Positions 28,945-38,713 of a DNA stretch of 64,000 nucleotides are shown in pieces (within the stretch, counting starts at the first letter, position 1; each line of letters begins with the position of its first letter). Origin of the DNA: an uncultured Gammaproteobacteria bacterium (GTDB lineage: Bacteria > Patescibacteriota > Microgenomatia > UBA8517); the NCBI GenBank assembly GCA_964635715.1, contig CAZWNZ010000002.1, positions 104,009 through 168,008 of the forward strand, read 5' to 3'. A program made the translations under genes and the position numbers. The notes beneath the pieces are model-generated. The model did not search any database, was not told the DNA's origin, and saw nothing but the letters and a program-made list of their open reading frames with translations.

Positions 28945-29859
28945 TTACTTGGCAAAATCGATAATCATATCCAAGAGTTTTGGATACGAAATTCCAGCAG
29001 CACCAGCTTCTTTAGGCAAAAGTGAATTAGTAGTCATTCCCGGAAGTGTGTTTATTTCAAGTACAATGGGTTTATTTCCATGTAATATGTAGTCTATCCT
29101 CGCATAACCACAACAATTGGAAATTTTATAAATCTTGATCGACAGATTTTGTATTTTTTTTGTTATAAGTGGAGAGGTGTTGGCGGGTGTAATTTCTTCA
29201 GAACCACCTTTGGTGTATTTTGATTTATAATCAAAAAAACTTCCTGATATTGGATGTATTTCTATAAGTGGTAAGGGTATTGGACTGCTATTACCAATTA
29301 CTCCACAATTTATTTCCAGACCCTTGATGTATTTTTCGACTAATACTTTTTCGGAATATTTGAAGGCTAGTTTTATTGCACCAACCAAACCTATTCTATT
29401 TCTAACAAAAGAGGTTCCGACAGACGAACCCCCATCATATGGTTTAACAAAATAGGGTGGCTTAAAATTCATTGGAATTTTCTGATTCTCCTTGGTAATA
29501 ATTATTGATTTGGGAACAGATATTCCATTAGCTTTCATTAATTCTCTAAAAACAATTTTATCCATACCTATTGCTGAAGCCAAAACTCCTGATCCTGTGT
29601 GGGGAATTCCTAAGCTCTCTAAATATCCCTGAATTTTTCCATCTTCTCCCCCTTTCCCATGCAATGCAATAAATACAACGTCTGGTTTCATCTTTCTAAT
29701 TTTTTCTAATCCACTACCATCTTTATCAATAACTACTTTTTGTATCTTATATTTTGAAGGGTTGAGATTCTTCATAATTTCTTTTCCGGACATTATAGAA
29801 ACATCATGTTCGGAAGATATTCCACCCATTATTACTAGCAATTTAATTCGTTTTTTCAT
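28945..29859 (-). CDS. ddl: D-alanine--D-alanine ligase
   Basis: ...LLVIMGGISSEHDVS...ALHGKGGEDGKIQGYLE... ATP-grasp signature. Confidence 0.85.
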   Translation of the reverse strand: MKKRIKLLVIMGGISSEHDVSIMSGKEIMKNLNPSKYKIQKVVIDKDGSGLEKIRKMKPDVVFIALHGKGGEDGKIQGYLESLGIPHTGSGVLASAIGMDKIVFRELMKANGISVPKSIIITKENQKIPMNFKPPYFVKPYDGGSSVGTSFVRNRIGLVGAIKLAFKYSEKVLVEKYIKGLEINCGVIGNSSPIPLPLIEIHPISGSFFDYKSKYTKGGSEEITPANTSPLITKKIQNLSIKIYKISNCCGYARIDYILHGNKPIVLEINTLPGMTTNSLLPKEAGAAGISYPKLLDMIIDFAK

Positions 29860-30650
29860 AAATTTATTTTCTTAATTTTGCCAGCGACAGAGCTTCCCAA
29901 AAACATTTCTGCCATATCTATAAATCTTGGGGTTATGTCGGTAACAAAATATTGGATTTTCCCCTTAGTCTTATGAGAATTTAATAAATTACGCTCGGAT
30001 AAATACTTTTTAACTTCGATTACCGATGTTCTCCCGGGATTTACGAGTTTTACTTCTTTGCCTATTTGCCATTTAATTGTTTTTTGAATAATCGGGTAGT
30101 GTGTACAGCCCATTATTAAAGTATCAATTTTGCCATTGAATTTAGATAAATATTTTTTGGCAATTAATTTTAGTGCAGGAGAATCAATTTCTCCCTCTTC
30201 AATAAATGGAACCAAAAGCGAACAAGCTTGAGAAAATAGTACCTTATATGCCCCACTGTCAACCGTCCCCCTAGTTCCCATCACAGCAATTTTCCCGTTC
30301 TTGGATATTCTATTAGCCTCGTCAAGTGCTGATTTGATAACGTCAAAAACAGGAATTTTTAGTTTATTCTTGAGCTCCTTCCCAGCAAAGGCCGATGCAG
30401 TATTGCAGGCAATGATTACGCACTTAACATTTTTTGTCAGAAGAAACTTTGCGTCTTCGAATGAAAATTTAATAATTGTCTCCTTGCTTCTTGTACCGTA
30501 CGGAACCCTGGCTGTATCACCCAAATAAACAATATCTTCGTGAGGTAGATACTTAATTAATTCTTTAACTACAGTCAAACCTCCCAACCCCGAATCAAAT
30601 ATTCCAATCGGCTTTTTGTGGTTTTTCACTTTACATATTATATCTCCCAA
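29856..30650 (-). CDS. murI: glutamate racemase
   Basis: IGIFDSGLGGLTV, CNTAS and GCTHYP catalytic motifs. Confidence 0.85.
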   Translation of the reverse strand: MGDIICKVKNHKKPIGIFDSGLGGLTVVKELIKYLPHEDIVYLGDTARVPYGTRSKETIIKFSFEDAKFLLTKNVKCVIIACNTASAFAGKELKNKLKIPVFDVIKSALDEANRISKNGKIAVMGTRGTVDSGAYKVLFSQACSLLVPFIEEGEIDSPALKLIAKKYLSKFNGKIDTLIMGCTHYPIIQKTIKWQIGKEVKLVNPGRTSVIEVKKYLSERNLLNSHKTKGKIQYFVTDITPRFIDMAEMFLGSSVAGKIKKINL

Positions 30651-31680
30651 GAGCTTCTTTTATTAAATTACAGATCCTAGTTTGAGTCTTTTCGTCTATC
30701 TGGAGGCCCATTGGAAGATAAAATATCTTCCGGGTTTTTGTCCAGGCAGAATCATTAAGTTCAAAGCGAATCATAAGTCCGCACTTTCTTAAAAAATTCA
30801 ATACTTTTCTTGCTTTATTTACAGGCAAAACAACAGGGTAACCGCGAAGGTGCTTTTTGTCATTATTGGTAATATGCAGTTTAATTGAAGTGATGTTTTT
30901 TAAATTAGTCATATAAAAATTGGCTTGTTTCTCTTTTTGCTCCTGTATTTTAGCAACGTTCAATCTATCACTAAGAATCTTACTAAACATTGCCCCTTTG
31001 GCCGGCATTATCGAATCACCAATTAAATCGTAGCCTTTAATCATTAAATTTTCTGCCACCCGATTAAATCCTAGAGTCCAACAGACGTTCATCAATAAAA
31101 AGTTGGCATTAACTTTAAAAGAATATTTAAATGCCTGTAAAAGAGAAGGTGTTTTAAAACTCAAGTCCGCTGCCCTTCCAAAAACGCGGCATCCCTGAAT
31201 AGGAACGACTTTCCTAAGACTATCCATTACGAAATGATTGCTTTTAATTATAGTAAAATCTTTTGTGTCTAAAGCTCTGTGAACCGCATCTTCAATCAAA
31301 ATTGAACTGCCAGTAGTCTTAATAAGCCATTTGGTATCACCCAAAAGATTGCTCTTAATACCTACGGGGTGAAAAATAACAACAACGCTAGGTTTAGATT
31401 TTAAAACCATCGAAACAAAAGATTTTTTATCGACTTTAAGATTTGGCTGAATTTTGTAATAGACAATTTCGTATCCGTGTTTTCTAATATTTGTTTCAAC
31501 ATCTTTACAATAAAAATCAGGCACTAATATTTTTGATCCTTTAACAACATTTTTTTTGATCAAAATATCCCATAAAGCATCCTCCCAGGAAAGGTAAAAC
31601 AATTCCTTTAAACCTTTCGGAATTTTGTTTTTTCTAAAACGGAAATATTTAAAACTAAAAATTGGTTGTGTTGATACCAT
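30631..31680 (-). CDS. DegT/DnrJ/EryC1/StrS-like (fold-type I PLP) enzyme of unknown specificity embedded in the mur cluster
   Basis: ...KGSKILVPDFYC.DV... (compare GDEVIvP..TF) and ...VVVIFHPVGIKSNL...ILIEDAVHRA... (compare AIIPVHLyG...vIEDAAqA), with a downstream SLRK candidate Lys. Confidence 0.35.
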   Translation of the reverse strand: MVSTQPIFSFKYFRFRKNKIPKGLKELFYLSWEDALWDILIKKNVVKGSKILVPDFYCKDVETNIRKHGYEIVYYKIQPNLKVDKKSFVSMVLKSKPSVVVIFHPVGIKSNLLGDTKWLIKTTGSSILIEDAVHRALDTKDFTIIKSNHFVMDSLRKVVPIQGCRVFGRAADLSFKTPSLLQAFKYSFKVNANFLLMNVCWTLGFNRVAENLMIKGYDLIGDSIMPAKGAMFSKILSDRLNVAKIQEQKEKQANFYMTNLKNITSIKLHITNNDKKHLRGYPVVLPVNKARKVLNFLRKCGLMIRFELNDSAWTKTRKIFYLPMGLQIDEKTQTRICNLIKEALGRYNM

Positions 31681-31698
31681 AGGCGTGAATTACACTAA

Positions 31699-32112
31699 TT
31701 AAACGACTTGGGAAGAAGCCAAAGCGTTTACAAAATGAATGTTTTTGGGAGATGCTTTCATGCCCGCAAAATCTTTTGGATAAACCCATTTATATTCACT
31801 GTGTTCAAAACTTAGTTTTACACTGTCATCTTTAACAGTAGATAAATAGCAGATTGTAACCCAGAACTCACCCTTGTCGTTTATGCTGGAAAAAACATCC
31901 AATAAACGGAGATCGCAGACTGCCAATCCGGTTTCTTCTTTTGTTTCTCTTGCGATTGACTCTTTAAGATCTTCTCCAAATTCAATTTCCCCACCCGGTA
32001 AATCCCAATGGCCCGGTCTTGAAGGCGCATCATCGCCTCGCTTTAATGCTAGCAACTCCTCCTTCTCGTTTAAAATAATTATCTTTTGTGAAACTCCAAT
32101 TGTATTTTTCAT
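31699..32112 (-). CDS. NUDIX hydrolase
   Basis: Nudix box GGEIEFGEDLKESIARETKEETGL. Confidence 0.7.
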   Translation of the reverse strand: MKNTIGVSQKIIILNEKEELLALKRGDDAPSRPGHWDLPGGEIEFGEDLKESIARETKEETGLAVCDLRLLDVFSSINDKGEFWVTICYLSTVKDDSVKLSFEHSEYKWVYPKDFAGMKASPKNIHFVNALASSQVV

Positions 32113-33407
32113 TATTTTAGAGACTTAACAGCTTCTTTGAATTGATTACCCCTATCTTTGTAATTTTTAAACATGTCAAAACTCGCAGCCGCTGGGGAAA
32201 GAATTACTACACCACCGGGTTTAGTCATTTCTATCGCTGTATCAATGATTTGAATCATTGATACGTGGCCAAGATTTACAGTGTGTTTGTTTTTTATTCC
32301 TTCGCCAATTTTTTCACCGATATCTCCGATCAAAATTAGATTTTTGATATTTTCTTTTTCTGAAATCAGTTTTCTTAATTCACTGTAATCAAGTCCTTTG
32401 TCGCTTCCTCCAAGTATTAATGTTTCATCCTCGGTAAATGAGTTGATGGCAGCAATCGTCGGCTGTGGGCCGGTGGCAAATGAGTCGTTGTAGAAAGTAA
32501 CCCCGTCAATCTTACCCACCAGCTCAAGTCTGTGTTCTAATCCCTTGAAATTCTCAACTACTTTAATAATTGTTGACTCAGGGATCTCTAAAATCCTAGC
32601 AACACTGATCGCAGCACTAATGTTTTCCAAATTGTGTTCGCCACGAAGCATAAACTTAGTTCCTGCAGGAAGACTCAAATTGTATTTGGAGGAATATTTA
32701 ACTTTTGCCAGAGTATATTTATAAAAAGATCTGGGAAGGTCGTAATCATCATTTAAAACTGAGTAGTCGCTCTTTTTCTGAAACTTTACAATATTTTTCT
32801 TAGCTTCAATATATTCTTCTCTGCCCTTATGCCAGTCCATATGATCCTCTGTAATATTTAGAACAACTGCAATGTGAGGACTAGCTTCCATATCAATTAA
32901 TTGGAATGATGACATTTCCAAAATGACATAAGACTTATTGTTCATAACAGATAAAAGTTCGAGTATGGGTTTTCCGATGTTACCTGCAAGATAAGCATCG
33001 TACCTTCCGGCTTTAAGTAACTCGTAGATAAGGGTTGATGTAGTTCCCTTACCTTTGGTTCCGGTTACTCCAATAATTTTTCCGGGACTTTCATCAAAAA
33101 ATATTTTTATGGCTGAAGTAATAACACTGCCTTTTGCTTTTGCTTCCGATATTTCCGGTATAAAAGGATAAATGCCGGGGGAACGGACAATAAAATCAAA
33201 TCCTTTAATCCCGTTTTTCAAATAATCATCTCCACAAATCACAGAAATTTTTTCTTTATTTATGCCGGTAAAATCCAGTTCTGCTTCATTTTTTTTATCA
33301 AATAGAGTAACAATAGCACCCATATCAAGAAGGTAACTGATAGCATCTTTCCCTTCCATTCCCAACCCAATTACTGCAATTTTTTTGTTTTTATATTTTC
33401 CTTGCAT
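32112..33407 (-). CDS. murD: UDP-N-acetylmuramoylalanine--D-glutamate ligase
   Basis: N-terminal Rossmann ...IAVIGLGMEGKD..., P-loop GVTGTKGKGTT, Mur ligase C-domain. Confidence 0.8.
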   Translation of the reverse strand: MQGKYKNKKIAVIGLGMEGKDAISYLLDMGAIVTLFDKKNEAELDFTGINKEKISVICGDDYLKNGIKGFDFIVRSPGIYPFIPEISEAKAKGSVITSAIKIFFDESPGKIIGVTGTKGKGTTSTLIYELLKAGRYDAYLAGNIGKPILELLSVMNNKSYVILEMSSFQLIDMEASPHIAVVLNITEDHMDWHKGREEYIEAKKNIVKFQKKSDYSVLNDDYDLPRSFYKYTLAKVKYSSKYNLSLPAGTKFMLRGEHNLENISAAISVARILEIPESTIIKVVENFKGLEHRLELVGKIDGVTFYNDSFATGPQPTIAAINSFTEDETLILGGSDKGLDYSELRKLISEKENIKNLILIGDIGEKIGEGIKNKHTVNLGHVSMIQIIDTAIEMTKPGGVVILSPAAASFDMFKNYKDRGNQFKEAVKSLK

Positions 33408-33432
33408 ATGATATATCGATATACCGTACTTT

Positions 33433-34476
33433 TTAAAAATTCACTAATTGAACTTCCCTTTCAAGCTTAATCCCTGTTTTTTCAAATATATCCTTTATCA
33501 TTATTTCAGAAAGATTGTATATATCTCTAGCGGATGCTTTTCCGCTTTTGTTTATCAAAATCAACGAATGTTTTGAGGAAACTGCTGCTCCACCAAGGCT
33601 CTTACCTTTCCAATCAGTTTTCTCTATTAACCATGCCGCTGAAACCTTATACATACGTCCGAAGGAAAAAATTCTTGCATCAGAAAATTTCTTTTGCAGA
33701 TTATTTTTTTGCCTATCATTAATAATCGGATTTTTAAAAAACGAGCCGGCGTTGCCATGGTCTTTCGGATTTTCCAGTTTTTCTTTTCTCACTTTTAGAA
33801 CTATATTTCTAACATCTGCAATCGTCGGGTTTTCCCCTAACTGACCGCTTAAGGATTCATAATTAGCTTTAGGATCAGCGTTTTTATTAAGCCTAAAAGT
33901 AACACTAACGATTAAATATTTTTGCCAGTACTTTTCATTTTTAAAAATGCTTTCTCTATAGCCAAAACTGCACATGTTTTTGGTAAAAGTAATATATTTT
34001 CGGTTTTTGATATCATAAGCCAGCAATTTATAGAAGCAATCCGCCATTTCAGAACCGTAAGCTCCGATATTCTGTATGGGTGAGGCACCAACAGTACCCG
34101 GGATACCCGACAAGCACTCCAAACCCTGCAAGTTTCTTTTAACAGCTTCTTCCACCAATTTATCCCAAACAACTCCCGCTTCCGCAGTAACTAGAATTTC
34201 AGAATCCTGGGTTTCAAATTTAATAACATTTCCCAAATATCTCACCACCAAGCCCTCAAAAATCTTATCGCTGGCCAAAAAATCACTTCCACCGCCAAGT
34301 ATGAATACTGGCAATTTTTTTTCTTCGGCTAAATCGAAAACCTCTTTGATTTCAGACTCACTCCCGACTTCTGCATAATATTTGATTTTTCCGCCAATTT
34401 TAAATGTAGTCAGATCTTTAAATTTTTTATTTTTAATAAGTTTAATCATATTAATTTTGAAATTTCTTTTGCCCAA
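33433..34476 (-). CDS. murB: UDP-N-acetylenolpyruvoylglucosamine reductase
   Basis: FAD-binding ...TFKIGGKIKYYAEV...PVFILGGGSDFLASD... and a MurB C-terminal domain. Confidence 0.85.
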   Translation of the reverse strand: MGKRNFKINMIKLIKNKKFKDLTTFKIGGKIKYYAEVGSESEIKEVFDLAEEKKLPVFILGGGSDFLASDKIFEGLVVRYLGNVIKFETQDSEILVTAEAGVVWDKLVEEAVKRNLQGLECLSGIPGTVGASPIQNIGAYGSEMADCFYKLLAYDIKNRKYITFTKNMCSFGYRESIFKNEKYWQKYLIVSVTFRLNKNADPKANYESLSGQLGENPTIADVRNIVLKVRKEKLENPKDHGNAGSFFKNPIINDRQKNNLQKKFSDARIFSFGRMYKVSAAWLIEKTDWKGKSLGGAAVSSKHSLILINKSGKASARDIYNLSEIMIKDIFEKTGIKLEREVQLVNF

Positions 34477-35648
34477 AGATAGCTTTTTCCGGCACCCATT
34501 ACAACAATTACGTTGTAATTACCAATTATCAATTTACAATTTTCAATTAATTTCTCATAGCTATCAAACCCTTCAATGTTTTTATGACCTGATGCTCTGG
34601 CAACACTTTCCGGATTAATATTTTCATCAACTTCATCGCGCGCCTGAAATATCGGGCCAATTATTACTTTATCAACGGAATCAAAAACTCCCTTATATTC
34701 GGGGAGAAGTGCCTTTGTTCTTTTATACCCGTGGGGTTCATCAATAACCAATATCTTTTCTTTAGAATATTTTTCTCTTACCCCCTCAAGAGTGGTTTTA
34801 ATGGCAGTGGGATGGTGCGCATAGTCATCGTAAATCTTCACTCCTCTTTTATCAGCAATCAACTCCATTCTGCGTCCGATTCCATTGAAGCTTTCCAATG
34901 ATTTGACTATATTCTCATCACTAATTCCTAATTTCCTACCCAGGACATAAACCATGTTTGCGTTTTTTTGGTTATGCTCCCCAAAGACCTTAAGATTAAA
35001 GTGTTTTCCTAGATTATTCTTCTCGGTAATGAGAATTCCTTCTTGTTTGATGTTTTCCCTAAACTTATTAAATGATTTCTCTACCTCATCTTCGCTTCTG
35101 AAAAAATCCGGGTGGTCAAACTCAATGTTATTGATAATTGCAATATCGGGGTGATAATTCAAAAAGTTATTGTTAAATTCATCCGCTTCTAAAACAAAAT
35201 ATTTTCCTTTTCCAAATCTTGCATTCCCTCCCCACTCGGGAACTTTGGCTCCAAGAAGAACTGTGGGGTCTAGTCCCGCATCAATTAATATTTTTCCCGC
35301 CATTGCCGTAGTGGTGGACTTTCCATGCGTTCCTGCAATGCAAATTAACTTTCTATCCTTTACTAAATACTTTCCGACAAATTCCTCCCAAGTCATTGCG
35401 ATTCCTTTTTTAACGGCTTGCCTGTATTCGGGGTTGTCGGGATTTTGATATTTTATTGCGGGAGAGTAGACAAGAAGATCAATGCCTCTCAAGTGCGATT
35501 TGTCGTGTCCTTTAAAAACATCTTTTATGTATGCGGTGCTTCCTTCAAGATCACACCCCGTTACTTTATATCCCATTTTTTCGGCCAAAAAAGCAACCCC
35601 TGCCATACCACTCCCGCCAATCCCCATCATGTGAATACTTTTATTCAT
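34446..35648 (-). CDS. murC: UDP-N-acetylmuramate--L-alanine ligase
   Basis: N-terminal HMMGIGGSGMAGVAFLAEKMGYKVTGCD (MurC-specific) and P-loop IAGTHGKSTTTAM. Confidence 0.85.
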   Translation of the reverse strand: MNKSIHMMGIGGSGMAGVAFLAEKMGYKVTGCDLEGSTAYIKDVFKGHDKSHLRGIDLLVYSPAIKYQNPDNPEYRQAVKKGIAMTWEEFVGKYLVKDRKLICIAGTHGKSTTTAMAGKILIDAGLDPTVLLGAKVPEWGGNARFGKGKYFVLEADEFNNNFLNYHPDIAIINNIEFDHPDFFRSEDEVEKSFNKFRENIKQEGILITEKNNLGKHFNLKVFGEHNQKNANMVYVLGRKLGISDENIVKSLESFNGIGRRMELIADKRGVKIYDDYAHHPTAIKTTLEGVREKYSKEKILVIDEPHGYKRTKALLPEYKGVFDSVDKVIIGPIFQARDEVDENINPESVARASGHKNIEGFDSYEKLIENCKLIIGNYNVIVVMGAGKSYLWAKEISKLI

Positions 35649-37656
35649 TAGTAATTAGCCGCGCTGACATCTTTCGGTTAGCCTCTTCAAGTTGTTCGAC
35701 AGTATTAACCCCCTGCCACTCATCATCATTCGGAAGAGTATATGTAGCCATCCTGTCTCTGTTATCAATTGCAACTTTGATCAGATCAACTAAATAGTAT
35801 TCACCTTGAGGACCTTTTTTAACCTTATTAATATTTTCTTCAAACCATTCTCTATCAAAAACATAAAGTCCGTCGTTCACTTCCTTAATTTGCCTTTCTT
35901 CGGTAGTTGCGTCTTTTTCTTCAACAATTTTAGTAATTAGTCCGTCCTCTCCTCTAATAACCCTGCCAAGGCCGGTAGGATCTTCTTTCATCAAAGAAAC
36001 AAAAGTAAGTTTTCTTTCTCTTTCTTTGTGAATTGCGATAATCTTTTTAATAGTTTCGGGTGTATAAAAGGCACTATCATCTCCATTGATTACCATTAAG
36101 ATTTTTGATTCGTCTGCTATCAGTTCTGCGCCAACTTTGGCAGCGTCAGCAGTTCCGCCCTTTGGAGTTTTTTGAAAAGCGAATTTGACGGCACTGCCGA
36201 TTTCATTCATTACCAGGTTCTTTCTAAACCTTACAACAACAGTAATATCTTTTATACCAACCTTTCTTAAACTTTCCAAAGTATAGCTAATCATTGGTCT
36301 GCCACAAATCTCCCTAAGTACTTTTGGAATTTGAGACTTCATGCGCGAACCTTTACCGGCAGCTAAAACAACGGTAGAGATATCGGTATCGGCATTTAAA
36401 ATATCATTTATCATTTCCCCATCACTCCATGGGTGTTCAAATCCACCATAAGCCATACTTTTTTCGTGTCCCTTTCCGGCAACTACCACCACATCGCCCT
36501 TTTTTGCAATAGATAGGGCAAATGCAATTGCTTCTCCACGTTCCCGGATTCTGACAAAATTGCAACCTTCTATTCCTTTTGCACTTCGCGCACCCTGAAC
36601 CATTTTTGAGAGTATGTCGACAACTCGTTCGCTTCTTGGATCCTCGGCAGTAAAGACCGATAAATCAGCCAGTTGCACTGAAATTTTCCCCATTTTGTAG
36701 CGTTTTCTGGGATCTCTTTCCCCGGCACACCCAAAAACAGATATAAGCCTGCCCTTCTTTTCTTTTTTGAGATATGTCAGAACAGCTTCCAATGAATCAG
36801 GGGTGTGGGCAAAATCAATAATTATTTTTATTCCCAATTTGTTCGGAACTTCCATAAGTCTCCCCTCAGGAAGCCTGAAAGATAAAAGGGACTTAATTGC
36901 CCTGATTCTATCAATTCCAAGTTTTTCTACTGCTTGTACGGCCGCTTCCGCGTCTAAATTGTTATAAAATCCGGGCAAAACATCTATATCAGTTTTCTTT
37001 GGCCAAATGACTCTCTCCGGACATGATTTTACAAAAGACATTTTAATTCTTTTGTATTCGGCCAGAGTTTTATGGTAATCCAGGTGTTCAGGGGCGATAT
37101 TTGTTAGCACTCCCACATCAAACTTTATGCCGGCAATTCTTTTTTGATCAATTCCATGAGAGCTTACTTCGACCACGGCATATTCCTTACCTTCTTTAAC
37201 AAACTCAGCTAATTTTTGTTGTAAAAATAACGGATCAGGAGTCGTTACATGAAGCCCCGGAACAGAAATTGAGGATAAGACTCCCACTTTTTTACCGAGT
37301 GACAATAAAACATGTTTAATAATGTGACATGTAGTGGTTTTACCCTTTGTACCTGTTACCCCAATTACTTTAATCTTAGACGAAGGATCTCCGTACCAAA
37401 TTGAGGCAAGTTCTCCTAAGGCCTCTGCACTATTTTTGACTCGCGTGTAGCCATTTATTTTCAAATCTCTTTCCCCAACAATTGCTTTCGCACTTTTTTT
37501 GACAGCCTCCTTTACATAATCATGGCCGTCATGTCCATGTCCTTTAACTGCAACAAATATATACCCCTTTTTAACTTTCCTGGAATCATCGGTCAAGCCC
37601 GTATAGTTGCGTGCTTTTTCCTTCAATTCCTTAAAATTAATACTCATCTTCTGCAT
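35641..37656 (-). CDS. murE: bifunctional fusion: MurE (meso-DAP/Lys-adding Mur ligase) plus a C-terminal GlmU-type GlcNAc-1-P uridylyltransferase domain (no acetyltransferase LbH domain)
   Basis: N-terminal 430 aa: ...TDDSRKVKKGYIFVAVKGHGHDGHDYVKEA... and P-loop GVTGTKGKTTT. C-terminal 240 aa: VLAAGKGSRMKSQIPKVL..., DPTGLGRV, EEKDATTEERQIKEVNDG and QGEYYLVDLI, matching the GlmU pyrophosphorylase domain (LAAGKGTRM, DPTGYGRI, EHKDATDEQRQI, QGEYYITDII). Confidence 0.7.
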   Translation of the reverse strand: MQKMSINFKELKEKARNYTGLTDDSRKVKKGYIFVAVKGHGHDGHDYVKEAVKKSAKAIVGERDLKINGYTRVKNSAEALGELASIWYGDPSSKIKVIGVTGTKGKTTTCHIIKHVLLSLGKKVGVLSSISVPGLHVTTPDPLFLQQKLAEFVKEGKEYAVVEVSSHGIDQKRIAGIKFDVGVLTNIAPEHLDYHKTLAEYKRIKMSFVKSCPERVIWPKKTDIDVLPGFYNNLDAEAAVQAVEKLGIDRIRAIKSLLSFRLPEGRLMEVPNKLGIKIIIDFAHTPDSLEAVLTYLKKEKKGRLISVFGCAGERDPRKRYKMGKISVQLADLSVFTAEDPRSERVVDILSKMVQGARSAKGIEGCNFVRIRERGEAIAFALSIAKKGDVVVVAGKGHEKSMAYGGFEHPWSDGEMINDILNADTDISTVVLAAGKGSRMKSQIPKVLREICGRPMISYTLESLRKVGIKDITVVVRFRKNLVMNEIGSAVKFAFQKTPKGGTADAAKVGAELIADESKILMVINGDDSAFYTPETIKKIIAIHKERERKLTFVSLMKEDPTGLGRVIRGEDGLITKIVEEKDATTEERQIKEVNDGLYVFDREWFEENINKVKKGPQGEYYLVDLIKVAIDNRDRMATYTLPNDDEWQGVNTVEQLEEANRKMSARLITNE

Positions 37657-37687
37657 ATTATACCAGCCTTCAAGGCTGGTTCATAAC

Positions 37688-38713
37688 CTAGCTGTTTTTT
37701 AAAATTGATGAAGCAAGATTTACCGAATTGTGTCTTAAAAGATGGTCTTTTTTTAAATATTCGCCTAAATTGGCCTTGATTATTTTAATATTCGGACACA
37801 GTTTATAACAAACATTCTCATCTAAATCAACAGCCCTTTTCTTTTCACCCTCATAAACTTTTATTGTCTCTTTATCAAATTTTTTATTGTTTGCAACTAA
37901 GAAATTAAGCCTTTTAGAATTCCCCAGATAATAGTTAAACGCGGCAATAAAGTCCGATGCTTTAAAATAATCAGTTTCTCCCTCTTTTTCTATCAAATTA
38001 AGTACAAAATAGACTTTTGCTTTAGATTTAGTAATAGCTTCGACCACCCCATCAATTAAAAGATGAGGCAAAACGCTGGTAAAAAGATCCCCGGGTGCAA
38101 AAACTATCTTGTCAGCTTTCTTAATGGCTGTAAGAACTCTTGGATTACTGTCAGCGTGGGTTGTAAAACAAATCCTGACAATTTTATCTTTAGGGTCAAA
38201 GTCCGGTCTTTGTTTCCTATGATCTATGTTGGCCTCACCATCAATTTCAATCCCCTTTTTGGTATAACCGATCAAATTAAGATCGGTAAGTGTTGCAGGA
38301 AGAACATTACCTCTGATTCTAAAAAGCGTACGTTCAGCATCCGTACCTCGGTCTTGACCATGGAAAATATGATCCAGTCTTACTCCTATCAAATTTCCAA
38401 GCGAGTGGCCTTTTAATGGCCCGTTTACTTCCTTTAGACGATCATCAAACAAGCGTTGAGCTACTTTTTGCTGCTCCTCGTTTTCCATTAAAGCCAAGAG
38501 GCAGGCTCTGACATCTCCGGGCGGCAATACCCCCAAGGCAGTTCTAAGCTCACCCGAGCTTCCACCACTGTCCCACGTCCCCACAACTGCAGTAATAAGA
38601 GAAGGGTCATTGAGTTTTTTTAATCCGTCAAGAAGCTGAAAATGGCCGGTTTTACCGCCGAAGGTGACTATTCTTTGCTTAAATTTATTTTGCAGAGTTT
38701 TCATCCTTGGCAA
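37688..38713 (-). CDS. YvcK/CofD-family gluconeogenesis factor-like protein (UPF0052)
   Basis: ...ITAVVGTWDSGGSSGELRTALGVLPPGDVRACLLAL... matches the YvcK signature. Confidence 0.75.
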   Translation of the reverse strand: MPRMKTLQNKFKQRIVTFGGKTGHFQLLDGLKKLNDPSLITAVVGTWDSGGSSGELRTALGVLPPGDVRACLLALMENEEQQKVAQRLFDDRLKEVNGPLKGHSLGNLIGVRLDHIFHGQDRGTDAERTLFRIRGNVLPATLTDLNLIGYTKKGIEIDGEANIDHRKQRPDFDPKDKIVRICFTTHADSNPRVLTAIKKADKIVFAPGDLFTSVLPHLLIDGVVEAITKSKAKVYFVLNLIEKEGETDYFKASDFIAAFNYYLGNSKRLNFLVANNKKFDKETIKVYEGEKKRAVDLDENVCYKLCPNIKIIKANLGEYLKKDHLLRHNSVNLASSILKNS

